Part shown: positions 25,086 through 37,604 of the stretch, in pieces
Layout of the letters: each line of letters starts with the position of its first letter
Position numbering within the stretch: the stretch's first letter is position 1
Assembly (NCBI RefSeq): GCF_963921235.1
Contig: NC_086108.1
Location: 62,746,001-62,810,000 of the forward strand
From: Mobula hypostoma
Taxonomy: Eukaryota
DNA length: 64,000 nucleotides
Direction: 5' to 3'
The notes under the pieces: model-generated
What the model saw: only the letters and a program-made list of their open reading frames with translations
Databases searched by the model: none
Told to the model about the DNA's origin: nothing
Translations under genes and position numbers: made by a program

Positions 25086-25315
25086 TGAAGCACCTTCAAT
25101 TACTCCAAAAGACTGAGGTTTGGTAAAATACTGAAAGACTTTTATTCGCTGTACAATATGACCTCCACAGTGAATGTCTGCCCCCGGACTGAGGGGGGAG
25201 GGGTAAGGCAAACACCTTTATACAGGACTCTGTGGGAGGAGCCACAGGGGCAGTCAGCAGAGGGGTGTGACCAGACAGGTAACCGAGTTACAACATATAT
25301 ACATGGTTTACTACA
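25086..25315 (-). repeat. 5' LTR of Gypsy element (TATA 25222-25217, Inr near 25190, AATAAA 25146-25141)
   Basis: Minus strand TGTAGT...GCTTCA; TATAAA lies 32 nt upstream of a TCAGT initiator. Confidence 0.95.
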
Positions 25316-26019
25316 GCACCCAGACCATAGCCCTCCATACCTCTCCCATCCAAACTATCCAAATGTCCCTGAAGCGTTGAAATCGAAATCGCGTCCCCCA
25401 TTTGCGCTGGCAGCTCGCTCCATCCTCTCACCATCCTCTGAATGAAGAAGTTTCCCCTCATGTTCCCTCCCTTAAACATTTCACCTTTCTCTCTTAACCC
25501 ATGGCCTCTAGTTGTAGTCTCAACTAACCTCAGCGGAAAAAGCCTGCTTGCATTTACCTATTTATATCCCTCATAATTTTGTATAACTCTATCAAATTTC
25601 CCCTCAATCTTCTATGTTCTAGGGAATAAAGTTCCAACCTTTTCAATCTTTCCTTATAACTCAGGTCATCCAGTCCCAGCAACATCCTCTGTATTCTTTC
25701 AAACTTATTTGTATCTTTCCTGTAGGTAGGAGACCAAAACTGCACACAATACTCCAAATTGAGCCTTACCAATGTCTTGTACAACTTCAACATAACATCC
25801 CAACTCCTGTACACAATACTTGATCTATGAAGGCCAATGTGCTAAAAGCTTTCATAATGAAGCTATCTACGTGTGACACTACTTTCAATGAATTATGGAT
25901 CTGCATTCCCAGATCTCTTTATTCCACCACACTCCTCATTTACCTACTGTTCACTGTGTAAGACCTACCTTGGTTGGTCCTCCCAAAGAGCAACACCTCA
26001 CACTTGTCTGCATTAAACT

Positions 26020-26957
26020 CTTTCTTTTCTTTCTTTATTAATCTTTTTATTGATTTAAAAGGAACATAAATACAAACAGGAGGAGAATTATCTCATATAT
26101 GTATATATCATTAATCATGAAAATAGAGATTAAAATAGACACTATCAAAATTATACATAGTGTTAAGCTAGTGTATAATATACAATAAAAGAGAAAACAG
26201 CAATTCTTCTCTTATCAGTTCATGAAGAGGAAAGAAAAAGCTTTGAATTTTAAATGAAGAAAAAAAAGACCCCCACTACTTTTTTCCAAAAAGAGGGACT
26301 GGGCAGTCCATTCTGAGGATACGACCAGAAAAGAAAAAGACTTTCTGATCAGATCTAAAACTTCGAAAAAAAAATTTGGAAGAGTAATAAATCAAATCAA
26401 ATGAAAATATTGAATAAAAGGTCGCCAGATTTGCTCATTTTTAAAGGATGTATCAAATGTCTGACTTCTTATTTTCTCTAAACTTAAAGAGGACATAAAG
26501 GAGGAGAGCCAATAAAAGACCGTAGGTAATAAAGTTGAAAAGGCTATCGTATGTTGAGCAGAAGTAGGAATATTTCCTGGTTTCAATGGGGTAATCCCAA
26601 ATATTGCCGTAAGTAAATTAGGTTGTAGGTCCAGATCCAAGCCTTTTGATAATATTTTAAAAACATCTCTCCAAAAATTGTCTAGCTTTATACAAGACCA
26701 AAACATATGAGTTAAAGTGGCCACCTCAATATTACATCTGTCACAAATAAGGTTGATGTTGGAAAAAATACGTGCTAGTTTATCCTTTGACATATGGGCC
26801 CGATACACTACCTTGAACTGTATCAAGGAATGACGGGCACAAATAGATGAGTTATTAATCAAATGAAGAATTTTACTCCATTGATTATCTGAAAATGACT
26901 CTTGAATTTCCAATTCCCAAGCACATTTAATTTTATTGTTGGATATCATTTGTAAAT
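26020..26957 (-). mobile_element. 5'-truncated L1 LINE (ORF2 C-terminal CCHC domain)
   Basis: ORF 26392-26949 with ICARHSLIQFKVV..CDRC..TLTHMFWSC; A-rich tail at the left end; splits the CR1. Confidence 0.88.
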
Positions 26958-27669
26958 TCAGTGTCTAATCCAGTTTACTACCTTATCTTGAATGCCAAGT
27001 GACTGAACCTTCTTGACCAACCTCCCATGCAGGACCTTATCAAATGTCTTGCTGAAGTCCACGTAGACAATATATACTGCTTTTCTTTCATTGACTTTCC
27101 TTGTAACATCTTTGAAAAACTCTATAAGTTTGGTTTGACATGACCTACCACACACAAAATGATGCTGACTATCCTTAATTAATCCCTGTCTATCCAAACA
27201 TTCATCCAAAGTCTCTTAGAATAACTTTCCCACTACTGAAGTCGGGCTCACTGACCTATCATTTCCTGATTTATTTTTAGAGCCTATCTTAAACAATGGA
27301 ACAACATTTGTTATTCTCCAATCCTCCGGTACCTCATGGGTCGCTATGGATGATTTAATTATCTCTGCTGTGGCCCCTGCAGTTGTTGTATTTGCCACCC
27401 ACAGGGTCCGAGGGAACACCTTGTCAGGCCCTGGGGATTTATCCACTCTGATTTGCCTCAAGACATCAAACACCTCCACCTCTGTAATCTGTATAGGATC
27501 CATGACCTCGCTGCTGCTTTGCCTCACTTCTATGGATGCAGATTCCGTCTACTGAGTAAATACAAATGCAAACATTCCACTTAAGATCTCCCCCATCTCT
27601 TTTGGCTACATGCATAGATTAACATTCTGATCTTCCAGAGGACCTGTTTTGTCCCTTGCAGTCTCTTTG

Positions 27670-28043
27670 CTCCTCCAAGAGTACCACAACCTTGTCGTGG
27701 TTTGGAGGTTTGTGTGCCTCATTGATCCAGAGAACAATGCTAGCTGAAATCAAGGCTTTATGCTTTGGCTCCTGGCAGGGTCACCCCTGCCAAATAGATC
27801 AAAGGGTAGAGTCCAGACTAAGACTGGTCCACTGGTCCTCCAGATTCGGGAGGGGGGGAATTTCAGCTTACAGCTAACAACCTTAATTGGTTAAACAAAA
27901 TAGATATGGAAACAGCAATGAGGAATCTTTCTATATCTGAGCGCAACAGTCTCCACCTGGGACTGACAGTCATTAAAAACTGAAAGGAGGCAACTGCATG
28001 TTGAAGGAAGCTCTGAACACCATCAGAGATGAAAAAGTAAGTA
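27670..28043 (+). mobile_element. Short internally deleted RTE-like element
   Basis: Homologous to 58405-58807 (antisense); short aagt tail; interrupts the CR1. Confidence 0.55.
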
Positions 28044-28234
28044 ATCCTTTTTCTCTTAAAGTACCTGTAGAGACCCTTAGGATTCTTCTTCACCTTGTTT
28101 GCTAGGTCTCCTGATTTTTTTCTTAAGTGTTCTCTTGCATTTCTTATACGCCTCAAGTACCTCATCTGTTCCTAGCTGCCTATACATACTACGCACTACC
28201 TTTTTTTAAAACAGAACTTCAGTATCTCTCAAAA

Positions 28235-29497
28235 CCTTTTATTCTGACAGACCCTAGAGAGGATGGTCCTGGTTCAACCGAATCCCTGGTTAGATGAGAC
28301 CTCGATCCCCTACAGTTTGCCTAATAGGAGCACGTAGCAGTCAACGATGCTGTCATCTACCTACTCCCATTTGGATGAGGAGGACAGCACTGTGAGGATC
28401 GTGTTTTGATTTCTCAAGTGCCTTCAATACGACACAGCCCTCATTGCTGGGGGAAAGCTCTATTCAATGCAGGTTGGCACTTCCATTGTATCCTGGATGA
28501 TGGACTACCTGGCTGGCAGACCACAGTTTGTGTAGCTTCAGAATTGTGTGTCTGACATGGCTATAAGCAGCACTGGGGCCCCGCAAGGGGCTGTATTAGC
28601 TCCCTTCCTATTTACCCTGTATATCTCAGACTTTAGATACAACACTGAGTCATATCATCTGCTGAAATTCTCTGATGACTCAGCAATAGTTGGACAGGAT
28701 GGACAGGAGAATGAATCCAGGACCCTGGTAGAGGACTTTGCCAAATGGTGCAAGCTGAATCATCTGCAACTCAACATCAGTAAGACAAAGGAGATGGTGA
28801 TGGACTTTAGGAAGACTAAGCCTGCTATTGTTACTATTAATGGTGAGGATGTGGATGTGGTGAGGACCTACAAGTACCTGGGGATGCACCTGGATGACAG
28901 ACTTGAGTGGAGCACCAACATAGAGGCTGTGTACAAGAAGGGCCAGAGTCACTCTACTTCTTGAGGAGACTGAGGCCCTTTGTATGCAGGCCTCTCTCTC
29001 ACATGTTCTACCAGTCTGTTGTCACCAGTACAATGCTCTATGCAATGGTGTGCTGGGATAATGGCATCACCACGGGTGATGCGAACAAATTCAATAAACT
29101 GATTAGAAAGGCTGACTCTGTTATAGGAGTCAAACTGGGCTCACTGGAGCTTGTGGTGGAACAAAGGACCCTCTGGAAAATCCTGGCAATTCTGGACAAT
29201 GTTTCTCACCCTCTGCATGTCACATTTGGTGAACAGAGGAGCATTTTTAGTGATAGAGTAAGATAGATAGATACTTCATTGATTCCAAAAGAAATAGCAG
29301 TGTCACAGTAGCATTACAAGTGCACAAATATAAATATTAGAAGAGAAGTAGAAAGAATGAAAAAATAAGTTACCACTAACAGTCTAACAGGAGGGGGTCA
29401 TCACTTGCCCAGCTGTAGGTTGGCTCCTTATAGAGCCTAATGGCTGACAGAAAGAATGACCTCATTTAGTGCTCTTTGGAGCAGTGCAGTTGTCTTA
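28235..29497 (+). mobile_element. Rex1/Babar LINE copy 1 (RT) followed by an inverted 3' end (29261-29497)
   Basis: STGAPQGAVLAPFLFTLY..KFSDDSAIVG..LNISKTKEMVMDFR; 29261-29410 is the reverse complement of the tail type at 30770-30952. Confidence 0.85.
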
Positions 29498-30952
29498 AGT
29501 GAGAAGACGAGAAGGACTCTGGGGAAACTCAGACAAAGCAAAGCACTGGGACCGAATGCTGTGAACCCCAGGGTCATGAAGGAGTGTGCTGAGCTGTTGT
29601 GTGAAGTTCTCCAGCATATTTTTAATCTGAGTCTCAGCCTGGAAAGGGTCCCAACTGTGTGGAAGACATCATGTGTGGGCCTAGTACCTAAGCAGGGCCA
29701 ACCAAAAGTCTTGAATGACTAGTGTCCAGTGGCCATGACCTCACACATCCTGAGGACCCAAGAGAGGCTGGTCCTGGCTCACCTCCGACCCCCAGTCAGA
29801 TCAGCCCTCAATCAGTTGCAGTTTGACTGCTAGGAGCACATTGGAGTTGAAGTTGCTGTCATCTACCTGCTGAATAGAGCCTACTTCCGTTTGGATAAGC
29901 AGGACAGCACTGTGAGTATCATGCTTTTTTTATTTCTCAAGTGCCTTCAATACCACACAGCCCTCATTGCTGGGGGAAAAGCTCCATTCAATACGGGTTG
30001 GCACTTCCATTGTATCCTGGATAATGGGCTACCTGATGGGAAGGCCACAGTTTGCGTGGCTTCAGAGTTGAGTGTCAGATATGGCTATAAGCAGCACTGG
30101 AGTCCACAGGGACTGTATTGGCTCCCTTCCTGTTTACCCTGTATACCTCGGACTTTAGATACAACACTGAGTTATGTCATCTGCTGAAGTTCTCTGTAAC
30201 TCAGCAATAGTTGGGTATATAAAGGGAGGACAGGAGGATGAATACTGGGCTCTGGTGGAGGACTTTGTCAAATGATGCAAGCTGAATCACCTGCACCTCA
30301 ACATCGGTAAGACAAAGGAGATGGTGGTGGACTTTAGGAAGACTAAGCCTGCTCTGCTCCATGTTACTATTGATGGTGAGGGCCTACAAGTACCTGGGGG
30401 TGTACATGGATTACAGACTTAATTGGAGCACCAATACAGAGGCTGTGTACAAGAAGGGCCAGAGTTGCCTTTATTTCCTGTGGAGGCTGAGGTCCTTTGG
30501 AGTATGCAGGCATCCCCTTCACATGTTCTACCAGTCTGTTGTCGCCAGTACAATCCTCTACATGGTGGTGTGCTGGTGCAATGCAATCAACATGGGTGAA
30601 GCCAACAGGCTTAATAAACTGATTAGATAAGCTGGCTCTGTTATAGGAGTCAAACTGGGCACACTGGAGGCAGAACAAAAGACACGCTGGAAAATCCTGA
30701 CAACTTTGGACAATGCTTCTCACCCTCTGCATGCCATCCTGGCTGAACAGAGGAGTCAGCATGTTGTTGGGGAAGTGGCAACCCCTCCTGTTAGACTGTT
30801 AGTAACCTCTTTACCAGAACTCTGTTTAAGTTCTGTTTAGTTCTGTTTTATTTTTATATTCTTTCTTACTTCTCTTCTAATATTTGTATATCAGTCCACT
30901 TTAAAGCTACTGTGACATAATTTCCTTAGAGATCAATGAAGTATCTATCTAC
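29498..30952 (+). mobile_element. Rex1/Babar LINE copy 2
   Basis: KALGP..KECAELL..IFNLSL..WKTSC; homologous to copy 1; tail gatcaatgaagtatctatct. Confidence 0.85.
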
Positions 30953-31865
30953 CTACAAACATTATATTCTCAAAATTTCACTTTTGAAGGCCTCCTGCTT
31001 ACCAAGTACACCTTTACCAGAAAACAGCCTGTCCCCGTCCACCCTTGCCAAATCCTTTCTGATATCATCAATGTTGGCTTTTCTCTAATTTAGTATCTCA
31101 ACCCAAGGACCAGACCTATCATTTTCCATAATTATCTTGAAACCAATGGCACTACGTTCACTAGATGCTAAGTTTTCCACTTCACGAATTTCTGTCACCT
31201 GTCCTATTTCATTCCCTAATAGGAGACCAACTATCACATGCTCTTTTGTTGGGACTTCTATGTACTGATTAAGGAAACCTTCTTGAACATATTTGACAAA
31301 CTTTATCCTATTCAGTCCTTTTACAGTATGGGAGTCCCAGTAAGTATGTGGAAAATTAAAATCATCTACTATCACAACCTTATGTTTCTTGCTACAGTCT
31401 CCGATCTCTCTATACCCTCTATTCCTCTAAATCCTGCAGACTGTTAGGTGGTCTGTAATATAGCCTCAATAATATGGTCATACCTTTCTTATTCATCCGT
31501 TCCATCCATAAAGCCTCCCTAGACAAGTTCTCCAGTCTGTCCTGACTGAGCACTGCTGTTAGATTTTCCCTGACTAGTAATGCCACTCCTCACCCTTTAA
31601 TCCCTTCAGCTCTATCACATCTAAAACAACAGAATTTTGGAATATTGAGCTGTCACCCTTGCCCCTCCTGCAACCAAGTACAATATCATAATTCCATGTG
31701 TCGATCCATGCCCTGAGCTCATCTGTCTTTCCTACAATAATTGTTCAATTGAAATACATGTATCTCAGAACATTAGACCCACCATACACAACCTTTGCTT
31801 CTTGACTTTGTCTGAGGTGTTAACAACATCTATCTCCACAACCCCTCCACTATGTGTACTGGCAC

Positions 31866-32393
31866 TGGGGTTGCCAACTTTCTCACTCCTAAATAAGGGA
31901 CAAAAGTAGCAGTCAAATACGGGACACTTGTGTTTACCCCAAGAAAGACTACCATGACCATGAAGCCTTGCGCGGGCACCTGTGTGCGCATGCGTGTATG
32001 TGCCGATTTTTTTCTACAAATTGGTTTTGGCTTAATCTTCCTGATTCTGTTAAGTGAAACTACTGTACATACATTATTTCTACTTTATACAGGCTGTGTA
32101 TTTATCATATCATTCCTGCTTTTACTATATGTTAGTGTTATTTTAGGTTTTATGTGTTATTTGGTATGATTTGGTAGGTTATTTTTTGGGTCTGGGAACA
32201 TTCAAAAATTTTTCCCATATAAATTAATGGTAATTGCTTCTTCGCTTTACGCCATTTCGGCTTACGAACAGTTTCATAGGAATGCTCTACCTTAGTGGGG
32301 GAAATACGGGACAAGGGCGGTTCCGTATGGGACAAACCAACTTAGCCCAATATACGGGGTGTCCTGGCTAATACGGGACAGTTGGCTACCCTG
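31866..32393. mobile_element. hAT-family non-autonomous DNA transposon (MITE, Blackjack-like)
   Basis: TIRs TGGGGTTGCCAACT / AGTTGGCTACCCTG; 8-bp TSD actggcac / actggcaa; repeated subterminal atacgggaca motifs. Confidence 0.85.
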
Positions 32394-32858
32394 ACTGGCA
32401 ATCTGATTCCCACTCCGCTAGTTTAATTCCCCTCCCCCAAGCAATGCCAGCAAACCTTCCTGCTAGGATATTAGTCTCCCTCCAGATTCGGTGTTGTCTC
32501 TTCTGCACAGGTCCCACATTTCCTGGAAGGAGCCCAATGATCCAAAAATCTGAAGCCCTCCCTTGTACACCAACTCTTTAGCCACATGTTAAACTGTATC
32601 ATCTTCCTAATTCTGACCTCACTAGTACTTGGCATGTGTAGCACTCCTGAGATGACAACTTTGGAGATCCTGTCCTTTGATTTAACACCTAACTCCCTGA
32701 ACTCATTTTGCGGAACTTTGTCCCTCTTCCTAACCATGCTATTGGTACCAAAGTGCACTATAACCTCTGGCTGCTTACTCTCCCATTTAAGAATGCTGAG
32801 GATTTGATCCAAAATGTTCTGGACCCTAGCAGTCGGGATGCAACATTACATTCGGGAA

Positions 32859-33036
32859 ATACACTCAAAATGCTGGAGGAACTCAGTAGGCCAGGCAGCA
32901 TCTATGGAAAAAAGTTCTCGACCCAAAACATCGACCATATTTTTTACTATAGGTTCTGCCTGGCCTGCTGAGTTCCTCCAGCATTTTGTGTGTGTTACTT
33001 GGATTTCCAGCGTCTGCAGATTTTCTCTTGTTTGTG
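32859..33036. mobile_element. Penelope pseudo-LTR fold-back insertion
   Basis: Two pLTR pieces in opposite orientation; 14-bp TSD attacatt(c/t)gggaa at 32845-32858 and 33037-33050. Confidence 0.8.
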
Positions 33037-36000
33037 ATTACATTTGGGAATCTTGTTCTTGTCAACAGAATCCCCTTTCTGTTTCCCTAACTAATGAATC
33101 GCCTATCACCACAACTTGCCTCTTCTCCCCCTTTCCTCTGAGCCACAGAGCCAGACTCAGTGTCAGAGACCCCACTGCTGTGACTTTCCTCTACTAGGTT
33201 ATCCCCGTCCAATAGTATCCAAAATGATCTACCTGTTGTTGAGGGAGATAGCCACAGGGGTACTCTGCATTGGCTCTTTAACCCCTTTCAGCCCCCTGAC
33301 TATCACCCAGTTTCCTGTGTCCTGCATCTTGGGTGTAACTACTTCTCTGTCTATCACCCCTTCAGCCTCCTGAATGATCTGGAGTTCATCCATTTCCAGC
33401 TCCAAATCCTTAACACGGAGTGTTAGAATTTATGGGAACAATTACATCACCTCCAAAATGTCTGTAGCTTTGTCATTATATTCAACTTCTAATTTGGTAG
33501 TGCATACTTAGCTACTTCTGCTTTAATTATTCTTTTTAAATAGTTTTCTGCATTTTAATCTTTTTTTTCACTTTAGTTGGCTATAGTCTCAGCACTTCGT
33601 GGACCTTACTGGTTACAGCTAAAATTGGGAATCATTGCATAACTAGTATACAGTTACAGTTTCATTGACAACTTAAGTGGTATATTTGTTTGTGACAGCA
33701 AATAAAGTGCTCTTGCAGATCACATCACTCCAAATGTCAACAAACACATATTATGCTACCCCCATTTCTTTACAGAGACTGCAGCTACCTAACTTAGAGA
33801 TAAATTCAGATAGAGAGCATTTGTTTCTGTAAATGTTAAGATCACATTCTTTTTTTTCAAAAATTGTCTATTTTTCACTTCTACATTCAATCTTCTTTCC
33901 CCCTATTTTGTTTATATTTTGTATGTATATTCTAACTTCCAAATCTTTCTGTAGAGTGTGCTGTCTTGTTTTGGCCTTTGGTGATGTTGTTTGATCATTG
34001 TTGACCACAAAATACTGGCTATTATCTTTACATTGCATGTCAACTAATTCTATCCATGTTGGGAAGGAATCAAAATGATAAATAATTTATCTGATATTAT
34101 TGTCATGATAAATATACTCTAATGTGCTTCTCCTTGATAAACCTGTAAAATATGTATATCCTGCTACATAATTTAAGATGTTGAAATGCTGTACCACTGG
34201 ATGCAGTAGCTGTGGTGGCAGTCGTTTGCTAACGGGTTTTTCATTGGAGCCTTGAGGCTCTGGGTGCAGGATCTTAGTATGTCATTGCAACAGAGGGTTG
34301 CCAAAGATGAAGTGATAGTGTATACTGCTTTTTCCCCAGTTTGTGAGGGTACAGGATGCTCCCTTGTTTTTGCATGCTCTTGGTACCGGATAACTAAACT
34401 TGGCACAGACTAGTTTGCATATGCTCTCCCCGTGACTGTGAGGACTTCTTCAGTCTCCTTTGGTTTCATCCCAAATTGCAAAGGCATGCAGATTGACAGA
34501 TAAATAGCCACTGTGTGACTCTGTTGTAGAATCTGGGAGAGGATGGATTAATTGGCACATGGGGAGAGTAAAATAGAATCACCATTAGATTACAGTAATT
34601 AGTTGTTTTGTGATTTGAATGGGATTGGAACGTGGAAAGGCCTGATTCCATGCCATGTGACTCTATAACAAGAGCAGTTCGGAGATGACCTCCATGCAGT
34701 GCTATTTAAAACCACTTTTTTTTGTCAGCTGTGCAGTGATAAGACAAAATATGGCAGTGTTAAGTGTATGCCAATCTTCACTGGAAACAAATATGGTTTA
34801 AAAAAAACTAAGTTGAATTTTTTCATGCCAGAATGTATTGTCATATTCTCATTTACTTTTGTACTTAGATACAGCATGGTCGCCGGCCCACCTGTCCCTA
34901 TAAGCCCACACCACCAATTGCACCATTTCCGAAGACTCAGTATTGAAAATGCCTCTAATGCAGATTCCAGACTAAAAGCAATATCAGTAGTTAACAATTC
35001 CAGGGCCATTAAAAAGGCCGATGCTCAGAGTCTGGAATCTCTGACATCTTTCCTCTTACTACTTCTACTAGCTCTACAAAAATGAATTGTGAGTTAGTGG
35101 GTGCAGTTTTCACAAAGTGATTCTATCATATCTGGGTTCTATTGTTTTTTGGAGATAGAGGAAATATTTGGATCTATTTACTCTGGCCTCGTCATCTTGA
35201 GAATGACACAAGGAGAGAAAAGTTGTAAGATTTATCTTATTTTCAGGAATGATAGGCCAGATGTTGCAGCTGTAATAACAGGGCAAATGTCAACACTCAC
35301 TATTATTACTTTTAGAGACTGACAGAAGCTTCTGGATTGCATACAGGTTCACTTATAAATGAAAATCTTGAGATTTCTATTGATGATACCTTACACCTTG
35401 ACAGGGGTTGCTGTAGTGTCCTTTACCCAGAATCAGTGAACTAAAGTTAATTAAACCTTTTATGCTGACTGTTTTGGCTTTAACATAAGTAAAAACGATA
35501 CAGCATATTGTATGTTAAATATCTGAATTTTAAACAGTATGCAATGTCATAATTATAGCAGAGCAATCTATCACTAAAATATTTTATCCACTGGGGTTTA
35601 ATTTCTCAGAATAATTACTTCAAAATTCCTTGAATTCGCCAATAATAAAAAGTGATTAATTTTAAGTTTATATTCCAGCCTCTACGTTGAGTATTTCCCA
35701 GTATTTATTTTGCTGTGTGTGAAATGTCACATGAAAGTGGTTTTTTTCACTTACATTTCTGAGAATTTTACATTCCAATTGGCTCTGGCATTTAATGATA
35801 TCTGTGACAGTGCATGCCCTAGATCCTTCACACAAAGTACTAGACTGTGATTTGTCAAGAGAAATCCACATCAAAGTGCCAATTTCAAACAATTAAACAA
35901 TAATCTATGCGTGTTCTGCAGTTATGCATTTACCAAATTTTACAAGTGTAGGAAAATAGAAGTCTACCATACAAAACCCAGCAGTCCATCTTATACATTG

Positions 36001-37604
36001 CCACTATGGACAAATACAAACCCAATTTACCTGTTTTGCAAAATCAAGACGAAAGGTTAACTGTGCTCATGGAATGAATTGTCCTGATATAATAGGAATG
36101 CTAGTGGAGTCCTTCAGCTATTCATTTTCTCCCTCCATTCTGCACTTGTGTATTTAGCCAGTCTAGGGTAACATTAGCATAATGTGATGCATTTCGGATT
36201 TTAGGACCTTGTAATAAAACTGCCAAAGTCTGCATTACTGTCTTTTAAGAGGGAAAAAAAATCTTTATTCATCATGTTAACCTTTTGTATATTAAAGTAG
36301 TATTTCTGCAACAAAATGAAAAAATATAACAAGATTAAGACTTTTCCATTTTAAAAGCTTTGAAGGAGGTGACAAAACACATAAAACAAGTGTGTCCAGT
36401 CTGAAGAAATGGCAGCATGAAATAATTCAGTCTGGGCAAAGTTCACGTGTATGTGCGGAATACTAAGATTATAATGCAGGGCATTTTATCATTTCTGAGA
36501 AAATCTGCATTATTTCCTAGACTGCTATTAATCAGCTCAGTAATAAAAGTAAACTGTATTAAAAGTGAAATGTAAGTTCACAGCATAATATTAAGCTATA
36601 TTTCTAACACTATTTCACCACTTTACAGAACATCAAAGATAATAAAATGGGCAGTTTCCCAACTGTTTAACATTTTTGCAAACATGTTTTGAATTTCTAT
36701 TAATTCTTCATAGAAATATATAGGTTGATACGTGGTAAGGACTATCAGTAATCAATGTACCATCATGAACCAATTTATATCTTTCTACGATAACAGAAAC
36801 TTTTAATACATTTTGAACATGGATTTATCAGGTGATCATGTATCCTATGATCCTAACCATTTTTTCACTCCAGAACTATGCAGATACACAAGAGAAACCA
36901 GGGAATGAGTGAGGAAGACGGATTCCTGAAGAACAAATGAAATGGAGCTGGAGGGACATTGGGACCAGAACTGGCACAGATGAGTGAAAATAAAATACAG
37001 AAATATAATCGCAGAGTTCAAGGGGATGTGCAACAAGAACACAATTGATGCAAAAAGGCAAGGAGCCTGAACAGGATAAGTACTGAGGGATGGTCAAATC
37101 AACATAAAGCTCTGTAGTTCGGAAATGGGGCTTGAGATTTGAATAATGACGTTAGAAGCAGGAATATTACCTGGACGCTCAATATCCTGGTGTTTTTCTT
37201 TTCCCTGGGGTGAACGATGATAAGCAGCCATTTCTGGGTCATTTTATCCGACTTAGAACATTCAAAAAACACTTCTTGTCGAAGGTCACACTGGTAACCA
37301 CAACACAGTTTCCACATCAAGCGCACAGTATTATATCAACTTATCTGCATTACATCACTGGATTTATTGGTGATCTTCTTTATAATGAAGGCCTCTAGTT
37401 ACGGTCTTCTCCACCAATAAAAGCATTTTCTCTACATCCATGCTATCAAAACACTTCACTGATTTAGACACATCCGTTAGGTCTCTTCAGGGACACAACA
37501 GGTTGCAGATGCTGCAGCTGAAGTAATGCAAAAGGAACTAGAGGAACCAAATGGATCAGGCAGCCCTTAAGGAGGGAAATGCACAACCGATGTTCTGAGT
37601 CATG

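Larger units (their letters stand above)
20812..25315 (-). mobile_element. Full-length Ty3/Gypsy LTR retrotransposon (Mag-like double zinc-knuckle gag), young but frameshifted
   Basis: 229/230-bp LTRs (TG..CA) differing by 5 substitutions and 1 indel; 5-bp TSD GCACC (20807-20811, 25316-25320); gag-PR-RT-RH-IN order; PPT next to the 3' LTR. Confidence 0.97.
25321..28230 (-). mobile_element. CR1 LINE ORF2, interrupted by L1 and RTE-type insertions
   Basis: ORFs 25554-25814 (LEYCVQFWSP), 26958-27209 (YVDFSKTFDKV), 27216-27527 (KSPGPD, VPEDWRITNVVPLFK). Confidence 0.88.
30960..33425 (-). mobile_element. CR1 LINE 5' part: ORF1 (SGNH esterase) and ORF2 endonuclease remnants
   Basis: ORF 32471-32812 QPEVIVHFGTN..EFRELG..VVISG; ORF 31085-31375 DFNFP..FLNQYIEVPT. 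Confidence 0.85.

Noticed and set aside
28235..30760. Recent tandem segmental duplication or assembly duplication
   Set aside because: The two Rex copies differ by many substitutions and indels and have different ends.
34699..35085. 128-aa plus-strand ORF
   Set aside because: Runs through a repeat-tail fragment; no homology recognised.
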